Source: Kudoa neothunni (lineage: Eukaryota; Animalia; Cnidaria). Taken from it: a stretch of 64,000 nucleotides of DNA. Of the stretch, positions 39,016 to 50,854 are shown piece after piece (within the stretch, counting starts at the first letter, position 1; every line of letters starts with the position of its first letter). The position numbers and the translations under genes were made by a program. Under the pieces are notes generated by a model. It made no database searches. It was given only the letters and a program-made list of their open reading frames with translations, and had not been told where the DNA came from. Location: NCBI GenBank assembly GCA_964304625.1, contig OZ199839.1, positions 2,048,093-2,112,092 on the forward strand, written 5' to 3'.

Positions 39016-42000
39016 ATGGCAGGGTACACTCCATGTTGCATTATGAAATGGAACGACCTCCGATCAATCTCTGGAAAAGTTCCAAGGCCACGATTTGGCC
39101 ACAGGGTTGCAATTCTAAACGATTCTATTGTTTTTATGGGTGGCGGGAATGATCTGATCATTAGAGATATCCATCTCTATGACTACGGTATTTTTTAAAA
39201 TAAAATTCTCCATTCGAATTAACACTAATAAAGCTCAGAGAAAATGGAAACAACCTGATATAAAAGGGAAAATGCCTCCTGGTGTGGCTTCATTTGGGCT
39301 TGTGGTTCATAACAAAAAAATTATTATTTTTGGTGGGATGGATGATAACCGACATGTTAGTGATGGAGTACATTGATTGTTATTTTTGTTGTGATAGCTG
39401 ACTACTGTGTTAGCTGTTTGAGTTGGACACCAGTTCATGGAGATGGAGCCAACATTTTCCTTCGCATGATCCAGAGGTGTTTCCTCCATGCGCTCGTTTC
39501 GGACACAGTTTTGTGTTAGCTGATGATAACAAAGTGTATATGTTTGGAGGAGTTACCAACCCATTGTTCGATGTGGCCAAACTTGGGACAGAGTATTCTA
39601 CATTTAAATGTTATTCGGCTCAACTAATTTTTGTAGAGTTCTCAATGATTTCTATGCGTTGGATTTAACCAATGAGGAAGAATTAAAATGGTTAGCTCTC
39701 AACAAATATGCAGGAAAACCTCCCTCTCCTAGAGAGTCTCACACCTGTGTTTTTCACAAAAGTGATCTTAAAAGACAATTGATTTTTTATGGTGGGTCTG
39801 ATGGATCGAAAAAGCTTGGCGACATTCATATATTTGATTTGAATGCCAATATTTGGTTCGGCGTGACGATAGCTAACAATGTTCCCAATTCGATACCGCC
39901 CGCTCGTTCAATGCATACTGCCGTTTGCTTGAAGAACAAGTAATCCAACCTAGTTTCTTCAAACAACCAATGTATCGCTGATTCTCATGCTTAGAATGAT
40001 CATCTTTGGTGGTTGGATTGCCAGCACCGATAAATCTACACTGAACAGTCGAAACAAAATGAATAATCCTCAAAAGTCCATCATCACTAATAACAACAGC
40101 AACAACAACCAAAATAATAACTACAAAGAATTTATTACTACGAGTGGTGTTGCTTGTTTTGATATTGGTTGTTCTTTGCTATCGTTATTGTTGAATTATT
40201 GCTAATTTCAACCACTGTGTATGCGTAGATAAAAATATTTGGTTGGATACCACCTCCACTCTTAAAGAATCTATCATACCTAGTGGTAGAGCTGGGCATG
40301 CTGCAATACTAGTAACTTATCTCAACCAATATTAACATATTTTTATTCTAAATCGCTTGTGTAGATTGGAAGCAGAATGTATGTGTTCAGTGGTAGAGAT
40401 GGCTATCGTAAAAGCAGAGCTGGTTTGGTAGGTTGATCTACTTAATGGCAAAATTTTTCTAATGAATATGTTGGTATTTAGCAATCCTGTTATAGTGACA
40501 TGTGGGTGCTTGATTTAGGTTGGTTAAGTTGTTTCAATTGATACACATGTTGTATTTAAACTTTAGCCTACCCATTACCTCCTAAGAATATCACATTGGA
40601 ATCGTCTACCTGTAGCTCGCTCATTGTCAAATGGGAACCGATTTTGAATGGTATTACTTAATATTTTCTAATATAACTTTGAGTGTCAATGAATTTGGAG
40701 TACTGATTGCTGCTGTTTAGCTGACAGTTATTTGATACAAATCTATGTGAATTTTCCGGTGGAAACTACATCATCATCAGTTCCCAAAAATGAAGACACA
40801 TCTTTGTCAAACACGCCTCAACCGGCTACATCAAATGCAGTAAATGCAACAAAAACATTGCCAATTGAGCCAAGTATTCCCCGTGAATCGAGAAAAAGAA
40901 CTGCCCCTCCAGTAGTTACCTCATCTAACAATCATTCGACCGAATTACCCAACCCAAATCCTCCTCCGCCGGCTGCCCATATCTCAACAATCCAAACCAA
41001 CAACACAACAAAACACACCACTTCTCAACTCAGCACCACCCCTACCAATCTTCCCGCTCTTAAAGTTGTAAATATGGCCGATCGTCAACGTATTGTCAAC
41101 ACGATAAATCATCTATCGTCTACCGAAAAGAACTGTCCAACCACAAATAATATACCAAATTACCCTAACAATACTGCCACCAAACCTCCACATTCAACCA
41201 CTTCTACCGATTCCGCTCAACAACCCAATTTGAAAGCCATCGAAAGTATAACTGGAAGTGATGGAAGACCTATTCCGGTTGTTAATCTCAGTAAAATGGG
41301 TCTTTCTCTTGCCCAACTATCAAAGTCGGTTACCTTTGTTACTACCAAAGGAGGTGACTTAGTTGCTCAATTACCTTATGATCAACTTCGAAACTTTTTC
41401 AAACTTAATCAAAACACCTCTCTTCCGGCATCTCTCTCCCCTCAAACCAACGTCACAGTGGCCTTGTCTGGTGGAGGAACCTCTGCAAATCCCCTCCTCA
41501 GTGGTGGGACTTCCAAAAATGAAAGTACTCCCAAACAAACACAGAATCCTATCCCCAAAGTTTATTCTCCGCTTCATGCTACATTTTTTATTCCTCTTCT
41601 TAGAATACGGCAATGAACATTAATGAACCAAGAAAGTTAATTTCCGGCTGGTATGACGTTTCCATAGAAACTGAACCAAAAGCCACAATTAAATCCTATT
41701 GTACAGATAACATTGTAATTGATTTTCCATCAGGAAATAGTGGTGACATTGTAGCTATTAATGTAGGAAGTCCGAAGATTCCGAGACAACGCCTATTTGA
41801 ACGGTTTGCCAAAGCAAGTACTTACGCCTGGAGAGACGTATAAAGTGAGGATAGCTTCTGTAAATGCGTGTGGCGTAGGAAAATTTTGTGAACCGATGAC
41901 ATATTTATTACCACCTCGAGGTAGTGACACAGCTATTGGAATTATGTTTAAGATTTTACTTGGCTAGGATTGTTGGGACCACCCGGAAATGTGAAATTGA

Positions 42001-42391
42001 TCAAAGTAAGTGATTTTAATTGTTATTGTTATTATAATGGAATTTTATTTATTGTTAACTTTAAATTTTGCTGTTTCTTGCGTAGAAAACAAATGGACTA
42101 TTTGTGGAGTGGGATCATCCATCGAAACTTTGCTCTACAGACGACTCTACGACCAAAGCTAATGACCATGTTGATTTTATTGTGTATATGGCTTCGAAAT
42201 TGGAAGATTCGAAATTCACGTACAATGAAGTGTATTGCGGCGAACAGTCGCAGTGTTTGATAGATGATGAAACTCTCAACAAGTCATATATCGACCCTGA
42301 ACGAGCAGTACCAGCCATAACTTTCAGAATAGTGGCAAAAAATTCAAATGGAACAGGACCTGCAACACAGGTGCGATGGGTTCAGCAATAG
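39016..42391 (+). CDS. HCFC1: Host cell factor 1-like protein (Kelch repeats + FN3), about 14 exons
   Basis: PRPRFGHR, PCARFGHSF, PSPRESHT, PARSMHTA, RMYVFSGRDGYRK, PGETYKVRIASVNACGVG and the terminal ITFRIVAKNSNGTGPATQVRW. Confidence 0.93.
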
Positions 42392-42913
42392 TTTTCTCGG
42401 CCGGTTATTATTCGTTAAACAGTTTTTTCTTTGTATATTTTTATGTTGCATAATGAGCCCTTGATATTTTGTGAGTGTTTTCAGATATCTTTGCGTTCGT
42501 TTAATATAAGACACACCGTTTATATAATTGGTTGATTATTGAAGTTTCATGGTGCAAAAATGAAATCCTGACATTTTTAAAATGGCCGATTTAAGCACAC
42601 TTATGACTTAATAATTTTAAGACTTATTACGTAATGCACATGTATTATATGATAGTTGTGAGTTGATGTAATGTATTTGTTAGCGGAATTGTTTGGGGCT
42701 TTCAAATGTGACATGCTCACTTTTGTGAATTAAGGGGTCGTGAAAGAATGAGGGTTGTCAGGGGATTTACCTGGGCGTATCAAAAGTCTATTGGTACGAG
42801 GTTGACACGTGAATCTGATCATTCGACTAAGACTTGGGGGGTTTTGAGTTCAAGTCTCAACCATGGCAAGGCGTGACCCTATGTCATAATGAAAGCTGTA
42901 GTTAACGTCTTGT

Positions 42914-44070
42914 TTAACCCTCAGGCACGCGCAAAAAACTTAACTCGAACGCATGTATGTGGTCCAATTAATCCCAGGGGGTAAAATTGGTTTATTTTGT
43001 AACATACTATCATGTATTCTAAAAAAATTTATTAGATATAATATTGGGACGTTATGTACAGAACGAATTTAAGAAGTTAAGACATGCAGTTCTCGTTTTT
43101 CTATCATTTTGACAGAGATGACACCGTTTTTTGGAAATAAGGGTAGATTAATGCATTGAATTTGTATTTATTGCTTCTATAAAATCTTCAATTTAATGTA
43201 TAATTATCTTTTATTTTTGATTTGCTCTTCTTTAAGTTGCATAAGCAATGATTTCAAGAAGTCTTTTCGTTGGACATGGTTTTTTGCTTTCATACAATAT
43301 AATACATGTGCATTTAATGACACTATATCTAACAAAATGTGAAACATAACCGCTGGTAATCTATTTGTTTGATCGTTTAAATAATTAATAAACATTTGCC
43401 TAACTGTGTCTATTCCTCCTTTTGTAGAATGAAATAATTTCTGGGAGTTTTTTTGGATGTTGTATATTTATTATTGGCCCATGATGCAATGAGCTTAACA
43501 AAATATCGGAATTTTAAAATTGAAAGTTATTTTTTAAAAATCATTTATATAGAAATTATACTGTTCACCATTTTTTACTTGAAAAATTAATTTTAAGTGT
43601 CATTTTCTGTAATAATATTATCAGGAATACCGATTTTGTGGTTAAGTTTAATAATATAGTGTTTCCTCTTTTTTGAGAATGATTTTACGGGGTAAACAGA
43701 CTATTCGGAATTTTTACCACAAAGCCTCTTATCCTCATCGTTGGAATTAAAAAGTTCTCATTCTGAACAATTTTTAATTGAATCATCTTAATTTTTACTT
43801 AACAATATTCAGAACTGGATTCATCACTTTTTCCCACCAATAAATTATCATCACAAATTTTCTGCTACTAAACTCCATGCCTGACAGATTTGAACTATCA
43901 TTTTCACGGTTTAATTTTTTTAAATCTATCTATTATCGAAAAACAGTTAAATAGACACGAATATGTGAATTAACAATTTTTTAACGCACACGGTGACTCC
44001 ATTTAAAAGTTAAGGTAAAATTAAATAGACGTCGGGTCTAATGGATCCCACGCGCACTCCAAGGGGTTAA
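42914..44070 (-). mobile_element. Internally deleted piggyBac element
   Basis: TTAA-ccctcagg..cgcg ... cgcgcactccaagggg-TTAA; remnant peptides STKGGIDTV and RLPAVMFHILLDIVSLNAHVLY. Confidence 0.82.
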
Positions 44071-44072
44071 CT

Positions 44073-45419
44073 CAGTGTTTCGAAACCTTTTTTTATTGCA
44101 TCCCACCTCTTTCAAAAGTATTTATTTTTTTACTTAAACTGTTGATAATTTTAAATAAAGCTCTCTGTCACATTAAAATTTGATAGAATCTAATATATGT
44201 TTCTTTTCTTACAAAAATGTTTTCGAGCAGATCTAACTAACTCAATTTATCGATGGACCTTAAAAATTAACATCTTTAGTTCTTCATTCCCTCAAAAACA
44301 GCATCAAATAGAACTCGTGATAATCCAATCCTCATTGGGAAAGACTTTCATGTATGCGGGAATAATGAAACGGAAATTAATAATATAAATACAAAATCAA
44401 TCAATATTATATAAGGTTTGTTCAAAAAAAGGGGATATATGGTCAAAAATGAGACATAATTGAGATTCAATCTATTCTAATTCTATTCGAGTGAAGGATA
44501 CGTGAAACATTATTATAATTTTTTATATAATCAGTAATTGCTTTGTGTATTATTTTTATAAAATTACCCACCACTTAAAAATTATCGATATTGACTTCAA
44601 AATACGTCATACTAGCCAATTATCTCATCGTTATCCGTGCCACACCAATACATAAGATCTTAGGATCAGAGTTGCCATGGCTTGGAGGTTTTTTTCATTT
44701 TTTACAAAATCTTGAGCTTTTATTGAAAACTTATAAACATTAAATAATAAAACCATTTTTTATGTGGGGCGAATATTTATATTTTTAATGATATATCCTA
44801 TTCAGATTATATCATGCGACAGCGCTTCCTAACTAAAATTGGACTCGTACCCCTTTGAATAAGATAAGGTGTAACTGACTCAAAATTTCTCAAAAATTAT
44901 TTTCTATTGTGGTCGTACCTTTCGTCCCTAAGCCCATAATTCACATCTCTTAGGGTAGGAGTGCAGGGACCGCTGTTATGCAGGGTTTAAACATATACGA
45001 TATTGAACGACATCACATTTGGTTGTCTAACGCTACACGATTACATAATTACTCAGTAAACATAGTCATACATTGTTAGAAAATTTAAACGTTATCTCAA
45101 ATATACCTTGAACTATGAAGTAATTAAGTGTGGATATATCGATCTTTACTAAACATTAATATGAGTGAATATTTGTGCCAAAACATTGCCATAGAACGAC
45201 GATAAATTTAAATTTAATAGATTCGATTCTATTTTTTTATTGTACTTTAAGTTAGTGTATTTCTAGACCCTGGGTTTTTTTTATTTAAACTTGAGTTTTT
45301 TGACCGTCCATCTTTGGTTTTTTTAACCTCGCTGTTAGCCCTGCTCAGAATTTACCGCGCCCCATCACAGTGGTTCATTTAACATAAAAAATTTCTATTC
45401 CCCACACTGGAAGACACTG
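44073..45419. mobile_element. hAT-type MITE, family B
   Basis: cagtgttt ... aagacactg, with 8-bp TSD ggttaact/ggttaatt duplicating the piggyBac right end. Confidence 0.8.
44667..45343. mobile_element. hAT-type MITE, family A copy 3, nested in family B
   Basis: cagagttgcca ... ttagccctg, TSD cttaggat/ctcagaat; homologous to 12734-13460. Confidence 0.78.
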
Positions 45420-45659
45420 GGTTAATTATTGTGTATGATGCGTCTGTAGTTAGAGTTCGGCCCAATGGAGGGAATCTAATTAGACGAAAGAACAGTGGCG
45501 GTTGTTAGTTAAAATCAATGCATATGCTTCCATGCATCAAAAATTTTTCTTCAAATCGTTTATTAAAATTGAGTAAACAAAAAAACTCCTACTTAAAATA
45601 CAAAACCTAAACTGAACAAAATATTGTTGTCTAATAAGCCATAGTAATTTTCAATAACC

Positions 45660-46850
45660 ATAAACCCCCAAGAATTTTGGGGTCTGTTGGACCCCAAACC
45701 ATAATTAATTTATCCAGTGTTATGCATGTAATAACGAGAAATTCGTATAATTCTAACTAATCTCCTAACATTCAATAATGTTCGTTTTTTGAAAATCTTC
45801 AGCCGAATGAATGAAAATTAGATGTAGAACAAAAATTATCCTCTAAGGACTTTGAGATCCAATGGGCCCCATAACGTTTTTTGGTCAGTATGCTTTAAAA
45901 ATAAATACAAATGTACCTATACAAGTAATTTTAATTTTATTTACATAATGATTTAGAAATATGTTATGAAATTAATAAATTAATGCTTGTTTTTCGTAAG
46001 GATTTAATTATTGACGTGTGACCGTTAATTAAAATAGCTACGGTAAACTTTCATTTACACTTAAAAAATAAATATAATCTATTTGAATAAATTTAATAAT
46101 TAGAGTTAGTCCTCTTTTAAATGAAATTGTCCAAAAAATTGGTATATTTGATTATTTATTCACGAATTATGTTTGTGAAAAGACGTGAAGCAATCTAGGA
46201 TGCTTTCAACATGCTGAATACAATAGAAAGTGAGGGCAGGCGGCTTTTTCATGAAATTCGCTGTACCGATTCTAGATATCATCGATTCACTGAAACCCTA
46301 CATAATACCACTCTTGCTGATTATAGGATCGTTGGTATTCCCATATTCCACCAATTCAGCGGACGTTTCAGATAATTCCGTACAGATTTCTTCAAATTCA
46401 CTTCCAAAAGATAGAAATTCATTAAGACACTTATCAGTTACACTCATTTTTTGTGCGGGCACGCGGGGTCGGTGGCATTATTTGTACAGAGTAACAATAT
46501 GCTCTTGAACAATAATTCAGAATATTAAATAGAATATTTTTACTAAAAAATATTAGTCATAAAGTAAATAAACCTAAATTGTTTAATTCTCAAAAATTTA
46601 GTATTATTCCTCTACGGTTTTACACAACAATCGCTTGCGATCCAGCCCGACACAATACCGACGAGATTACAACGGATTAATTCCACAAACGTTCGTCTCT
46701 TTTCTCCAACTTTGGTCGACAGAAATTTTTTAAACCGAATAAAATGATATATCTATATTTATTAAGTTAATCCGTCAGATAAAAAACTGGGGTCTTCGGA
46801 TCCCAAAAGTCTTCGAAGGATGGTCGTTTTCGCTTACCTTAGAGGGTTAA
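45660..46850 (-). mobile_element. Non-autonomous piggyBac element, copy 1 of an inverted pair
   Basis: Right end cttagaggg-TTAA, degraded left end, acidic N-terminal and C..CFTSFH C-terminal transposase remnants. About 99% identical to the reverse complement of 54255-55428. Confidence 0.85.
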
Positions 46851-47013
46851 CATAAAATTACAAATGCCTATATAGTATTAGAATTCCATGAGAAATCTTA
46901 GGTTTAGAATATAGAATTAATAATAAATAAAAAATAAAGGAAATAGAACAATATTGATATGGCTGAAAAAATTGAGAAAAATCTGGTAAAAATATATAAA
47001 CCCTAAAAAATGA

Positions 47014-49881
47014 CTAAAAATTGGACACATCAATTGAGCTAAGAATGTTGTTGATATTGTCGGAGTTGAGGTCCCAGATTGGTGAATGTTCGGAGTAACA
47101 ATCGTTGTAAAGATTGAATATTTTTTTGAAGGATTCAATGATAAGTCCATGGGTTCTAGTCCATAGGATCTTAATCAAAAAATTGATTATTCACAAAAAC
47201 AGTAGCTAACTTGAATACCACTCTAAGATTATCGTCAACAAAGCATTTGGAGATTTGTTTGGCAATAGTTTCAATAATTTTTTTCATCTAAATCGATTCA
47301 AACAAAAATAATAATGGCAGGAAATATTGATAAAGGTGAAAATTAAAAGAATCGAATTGTGGATCAAATATTTACATCCTTGAAGGTGAATTGACCAATA
47401 ATCTTATTCAGCTGTACAACACTGTGGGCGGATTGGATGCTGATTTCTGACTCTTTCACTCCACGTTTTATCGATATTTCGATAGCATGAAAATAATTCT
47501 ATAATGGATCTATTCGTACGAAAACATACACGAAAATATACAAAAATAGGTTTGAGATATTCGTTGGTGCCTGCATTGATAAAACGATTCAACGCAGTTT
47601 CGTAGTGAGTTTTGGCTTCCTTCCGCAAAAACAAAAACCAAGGACCTTTGACTTTTTGACAAAAGTCGCTGAGATGAAGCAGGTTCTCTTTGAATAACAA
47701 TAAAACTGATTGTTACTATTATCCACAACAACACATACCAACTCTAACAGCTTCTTGTTTGAGAGCATTTTCATTTTCGGAGGAATAGTTTTCAACAGAT
47801 AGGATGGTTATTTGGTGAAACTCCTTGTAGATCTGTTCCAATTGTGGACATCGAAGATCCAAATTTTCAGGCAGAATTTGTTCGGCTGCAATAATAAAAT
47901 CCTCAAATTGAGTAACCACGGTAGTAATAGTATGAGGGCGTCTTGCTTTGTTTGTTTTATTGCTATCTTCAATCGAAGCATAATACCACTTGAATATATC
48001 ATTCAATTTATCTAGGATGAGATCGAACCAAGTTTGATAGAGAGTCAATAGGAAGGTGTATTCGGGGTTGGAGAGTGACTTGATAAGAAAATACAATCGA
48101 TTCGCAATGTAAATGTGTAGAATAGGTGCTTTTTTGAATATGGTTTCAAGAAAGTTTTTAATCATATCGTCAAGGAAGCCGAATTCTTGACTGAGTATGG
48201 ATTTCATCAGTAGAAGGCCTAATTTGGAGGAGGCATACTCTTGGGTTTTTGACGCATGATCATCATCATTACTTGTAGGGGGTATATTGGGATTGGAAGC
48301 GTTTGAGGTGGTGGGATTGACATTGAGAGAGAAAAATTCGTTACAAAATTTTATCTCTTTAGTCACCGCAGACTCCAGCAAATCAAAATATTTGTCGAAA
48401 TAAGACTTGAAATCGTTTATCGCACTCAAATTGCCCTCATCAAGTTTAACAAATAAGGCGCATTCTTTGTTGGTTTTGTTTAGAGTGGTGCTGTGGGTGT
48501 GATGCAGTTGAAGGGCGGTTAAAGAATTGATTTTTTGTAGTACAATTCTAGTGAGGCCGTCAATCTGTTTCTCATACAATCTACTGAATGAAACACAGTA
48601 GCATGTGTAGAGCTCACTGAACTGGCTGGCGTGAATCAAACGAACCAACGCAATCACCGGTGAAAATAACTTCAAACTTCGATGCAACTTGAAATGATTT
48701 GCCATAGCGATATCCTTTGAGATAACGCTGTTTTCCGTGTTGTTTGCGTAATTTTTTATTTTTTGCACTAGATTAGCCGTGATATTCTGAACAAAAGTGC
48801 TCGCACAAGAGGACACAAGATTGTACTGTGATTTGAAATGAGGAATTGACTTCACAGCATCTGGTATTTTTACTTGGAAAACCCTAACAAAACTATGCAA
48901 GGCAGCCATTGTTTTTTCGATATTCTCATCGTAGTTGTTCTCCTGTGCGTACTGCATTATTTCGTCAGGCACATCCAAGCATGTGACGTATTTGTCGAGA
49001 GCCTCTAGGAGGCTTTTTTGATTTTGCACCCTCAACTCACGATCACTATCCACCATTTCAAGTTCCTTGATTTGATTTCTAAGGTCCAACAATTCCGCGT
49101 CATATCCATCGAATATTTGATACATACTCTCCACACATTGGATCATATCATCCAATTGGTTGGTCACTTGTGTGCAATTGTGCTGCGACATCATGATGGT
49201 TTCTAGATTGCCCCATTTAATGTCATCCAAGGACTCAACAAGAGTGTCAGTAAATTCTGCAAAATTGCTGATTTGGCGATGATATTTGGCAAGTATTTCC
49301 AACAGCAACTCCTCATCTTCAATCATTATATTTTTTCTGGCAGCAGCACCAGTTGTGATTCCGGCTGAGATTTGGTCATTGCTGGTATTTAACTGATCTA
49401 GATCCTGCTGTTCTGAAGAAAGCAACAATTTAGCTCCTAAATCTGTGGCTGACTGCGGAGGAATGATTTTGTTAGGGAAATTTTTAAACACCGGCATCGC
49501 TGCCAAATATCGTTGACAATAATCACACAAGTTATCTATAAAATCTTTTTTCTCTCCAGCAATCACCACATGATAACTCACACTATGGCCATCATTGAAA
49601 CTACACTCAAATTCGTTGGAAACAACATTCAATTTGGAATCACACACGCTCAGCTCTTCTAACAAATCCACATGAACTCTTTTCATTTTTAACTTCTCGT
49701 CAACTTTAATTAACGACAGTTTTGGTGAAAATGGTGGACTACTGTTGATACTCAATGTCAAATAGCAATCCACCTTTTTCTTGTTAATTTTCCCATTGTT
49801 TATCACTTTTATCCCACATATCAACTTTTCTCCCAACTGTTCAAATATTCCTTTTTGTAATAGTGATTTTTCGTCACTCAT
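47014..49881 (-). CDS. EXOC1: Exocyst complex component 1 (Sec3)
   Basis: Starts MSDEKSLLQKGIFEQLGEKL (Sec3 PH-like N-terminus); coiled coil with VQNQKSLLEAL; HFKLHRSLKLFS, E..FCNEFF; C-terminal YFHAIE..IKRGVKESEI. One long first exon and four short 3' introns. Confidence 0.85.
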
Positions 49882-50854
49882 TCCGTTGGACCAAACAAAA
49901 AAATCACAATCCCAACAAACGAAACGGAAATTTATGAGTTTTAATTGCGTGCGCATGATATAAACCTACTATCGAGTTGTCAATCAAACTTTGCACTTAT
50001 TTTTTGCTGTTTACAAATAATATTGAATCATAATTTCCGCAATTTTTTCACTCAATATGACAACGTTTTAAAAATAGAATTGCGTGCGCATAGTTATAAA
50101 AAATAACTAACTTCATGATTCCTTTCGCTTAATGTCATGTGATACGTTAAATATATTTGATCTAATTTTTCTAAGTGACGATAAAATGATTGAAATGTTA
50201 TTTTAGTTAGTATAATGATGTTTTAACATCGTAACACATTTTGTAACCAGAAAAGGACAAAGTAGTAAAACTCCTCTTATAAGAGGGAAAATAATACAAA
50301 TTTAATATTCTGGATATGCAATAAAATAATTATTTAAATAATGTGGGTGTGGCGGCTAAGCCTATTAACAATTATTATTTTGCGCGAGTCGCATAGCGTG
50401 TCAGTTTTTTGAATCTGTCCTTTGTGCTGCCGCTTCAGTGAGTTTAATTTTTTGGCTAATTTAAAAACAAAATCTTTATAAGCTGCGCCCAGGATCGACA
50501 ACTTTTGATTATTCTCCCTGATTTAAGTGTCACCATTTTAACATTAACATTAATTATTTGTTTAATTAATTTAATATTGATATTAATTAGAATTTAAATT
50601 ATACTTTTTAGATTTAATAGAGTTACCCGATTGTTAGTTCATATTATGATATCAGTAAAAAAATATATTATTTAATTATTTGAAAATCTTTATTAGAAAA
50701 AGAATCTAGATTGAACCTCTTCAATATCGGTGTATACTTAAAGAAACTTGAGATTTAACCTAATATAGTTGTGTAATATTACATAATTTTATTTTTCTGC
50801 ATATAATTCAATTTAATTTTAATTAACTCAAATAGAAAGATACTAATGAAATTA

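Larger units (their letters stand above)
42786..45510 (+). mobile_element. tRNA-derived SINE copy split by nested DNA transposons (SINE parts 42786-42913 and about 45428-45510)
   Basis: tRNA-like head with B box gagttcaagtc at 42786-42867. After removing the inserts, the body is colinear with the copy at 25545-25770. Confidence 0.55.

Noticed and set aside
42765-42780. U1 snRNA 5' end (atttacctgg)
   Set aside because: No U1 stem-loops, 70K/U1A loops or Sm site follow.
46230-46508. Duplicated 92-aa ORF (identical at 54580-54858) as a conserved gene
   Set aside because: GTG-started antisense frame within the duplicated piggyBac remnant; its identity is explained by the repeat.
49882-49956. 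N-terminal extension MRTQLKL.. of the 745-aa ORF
   Set aside because: The Sec3-like sequence begins at MSDEK (49881), and the upstream ATG overlaps the putative promoter motif.
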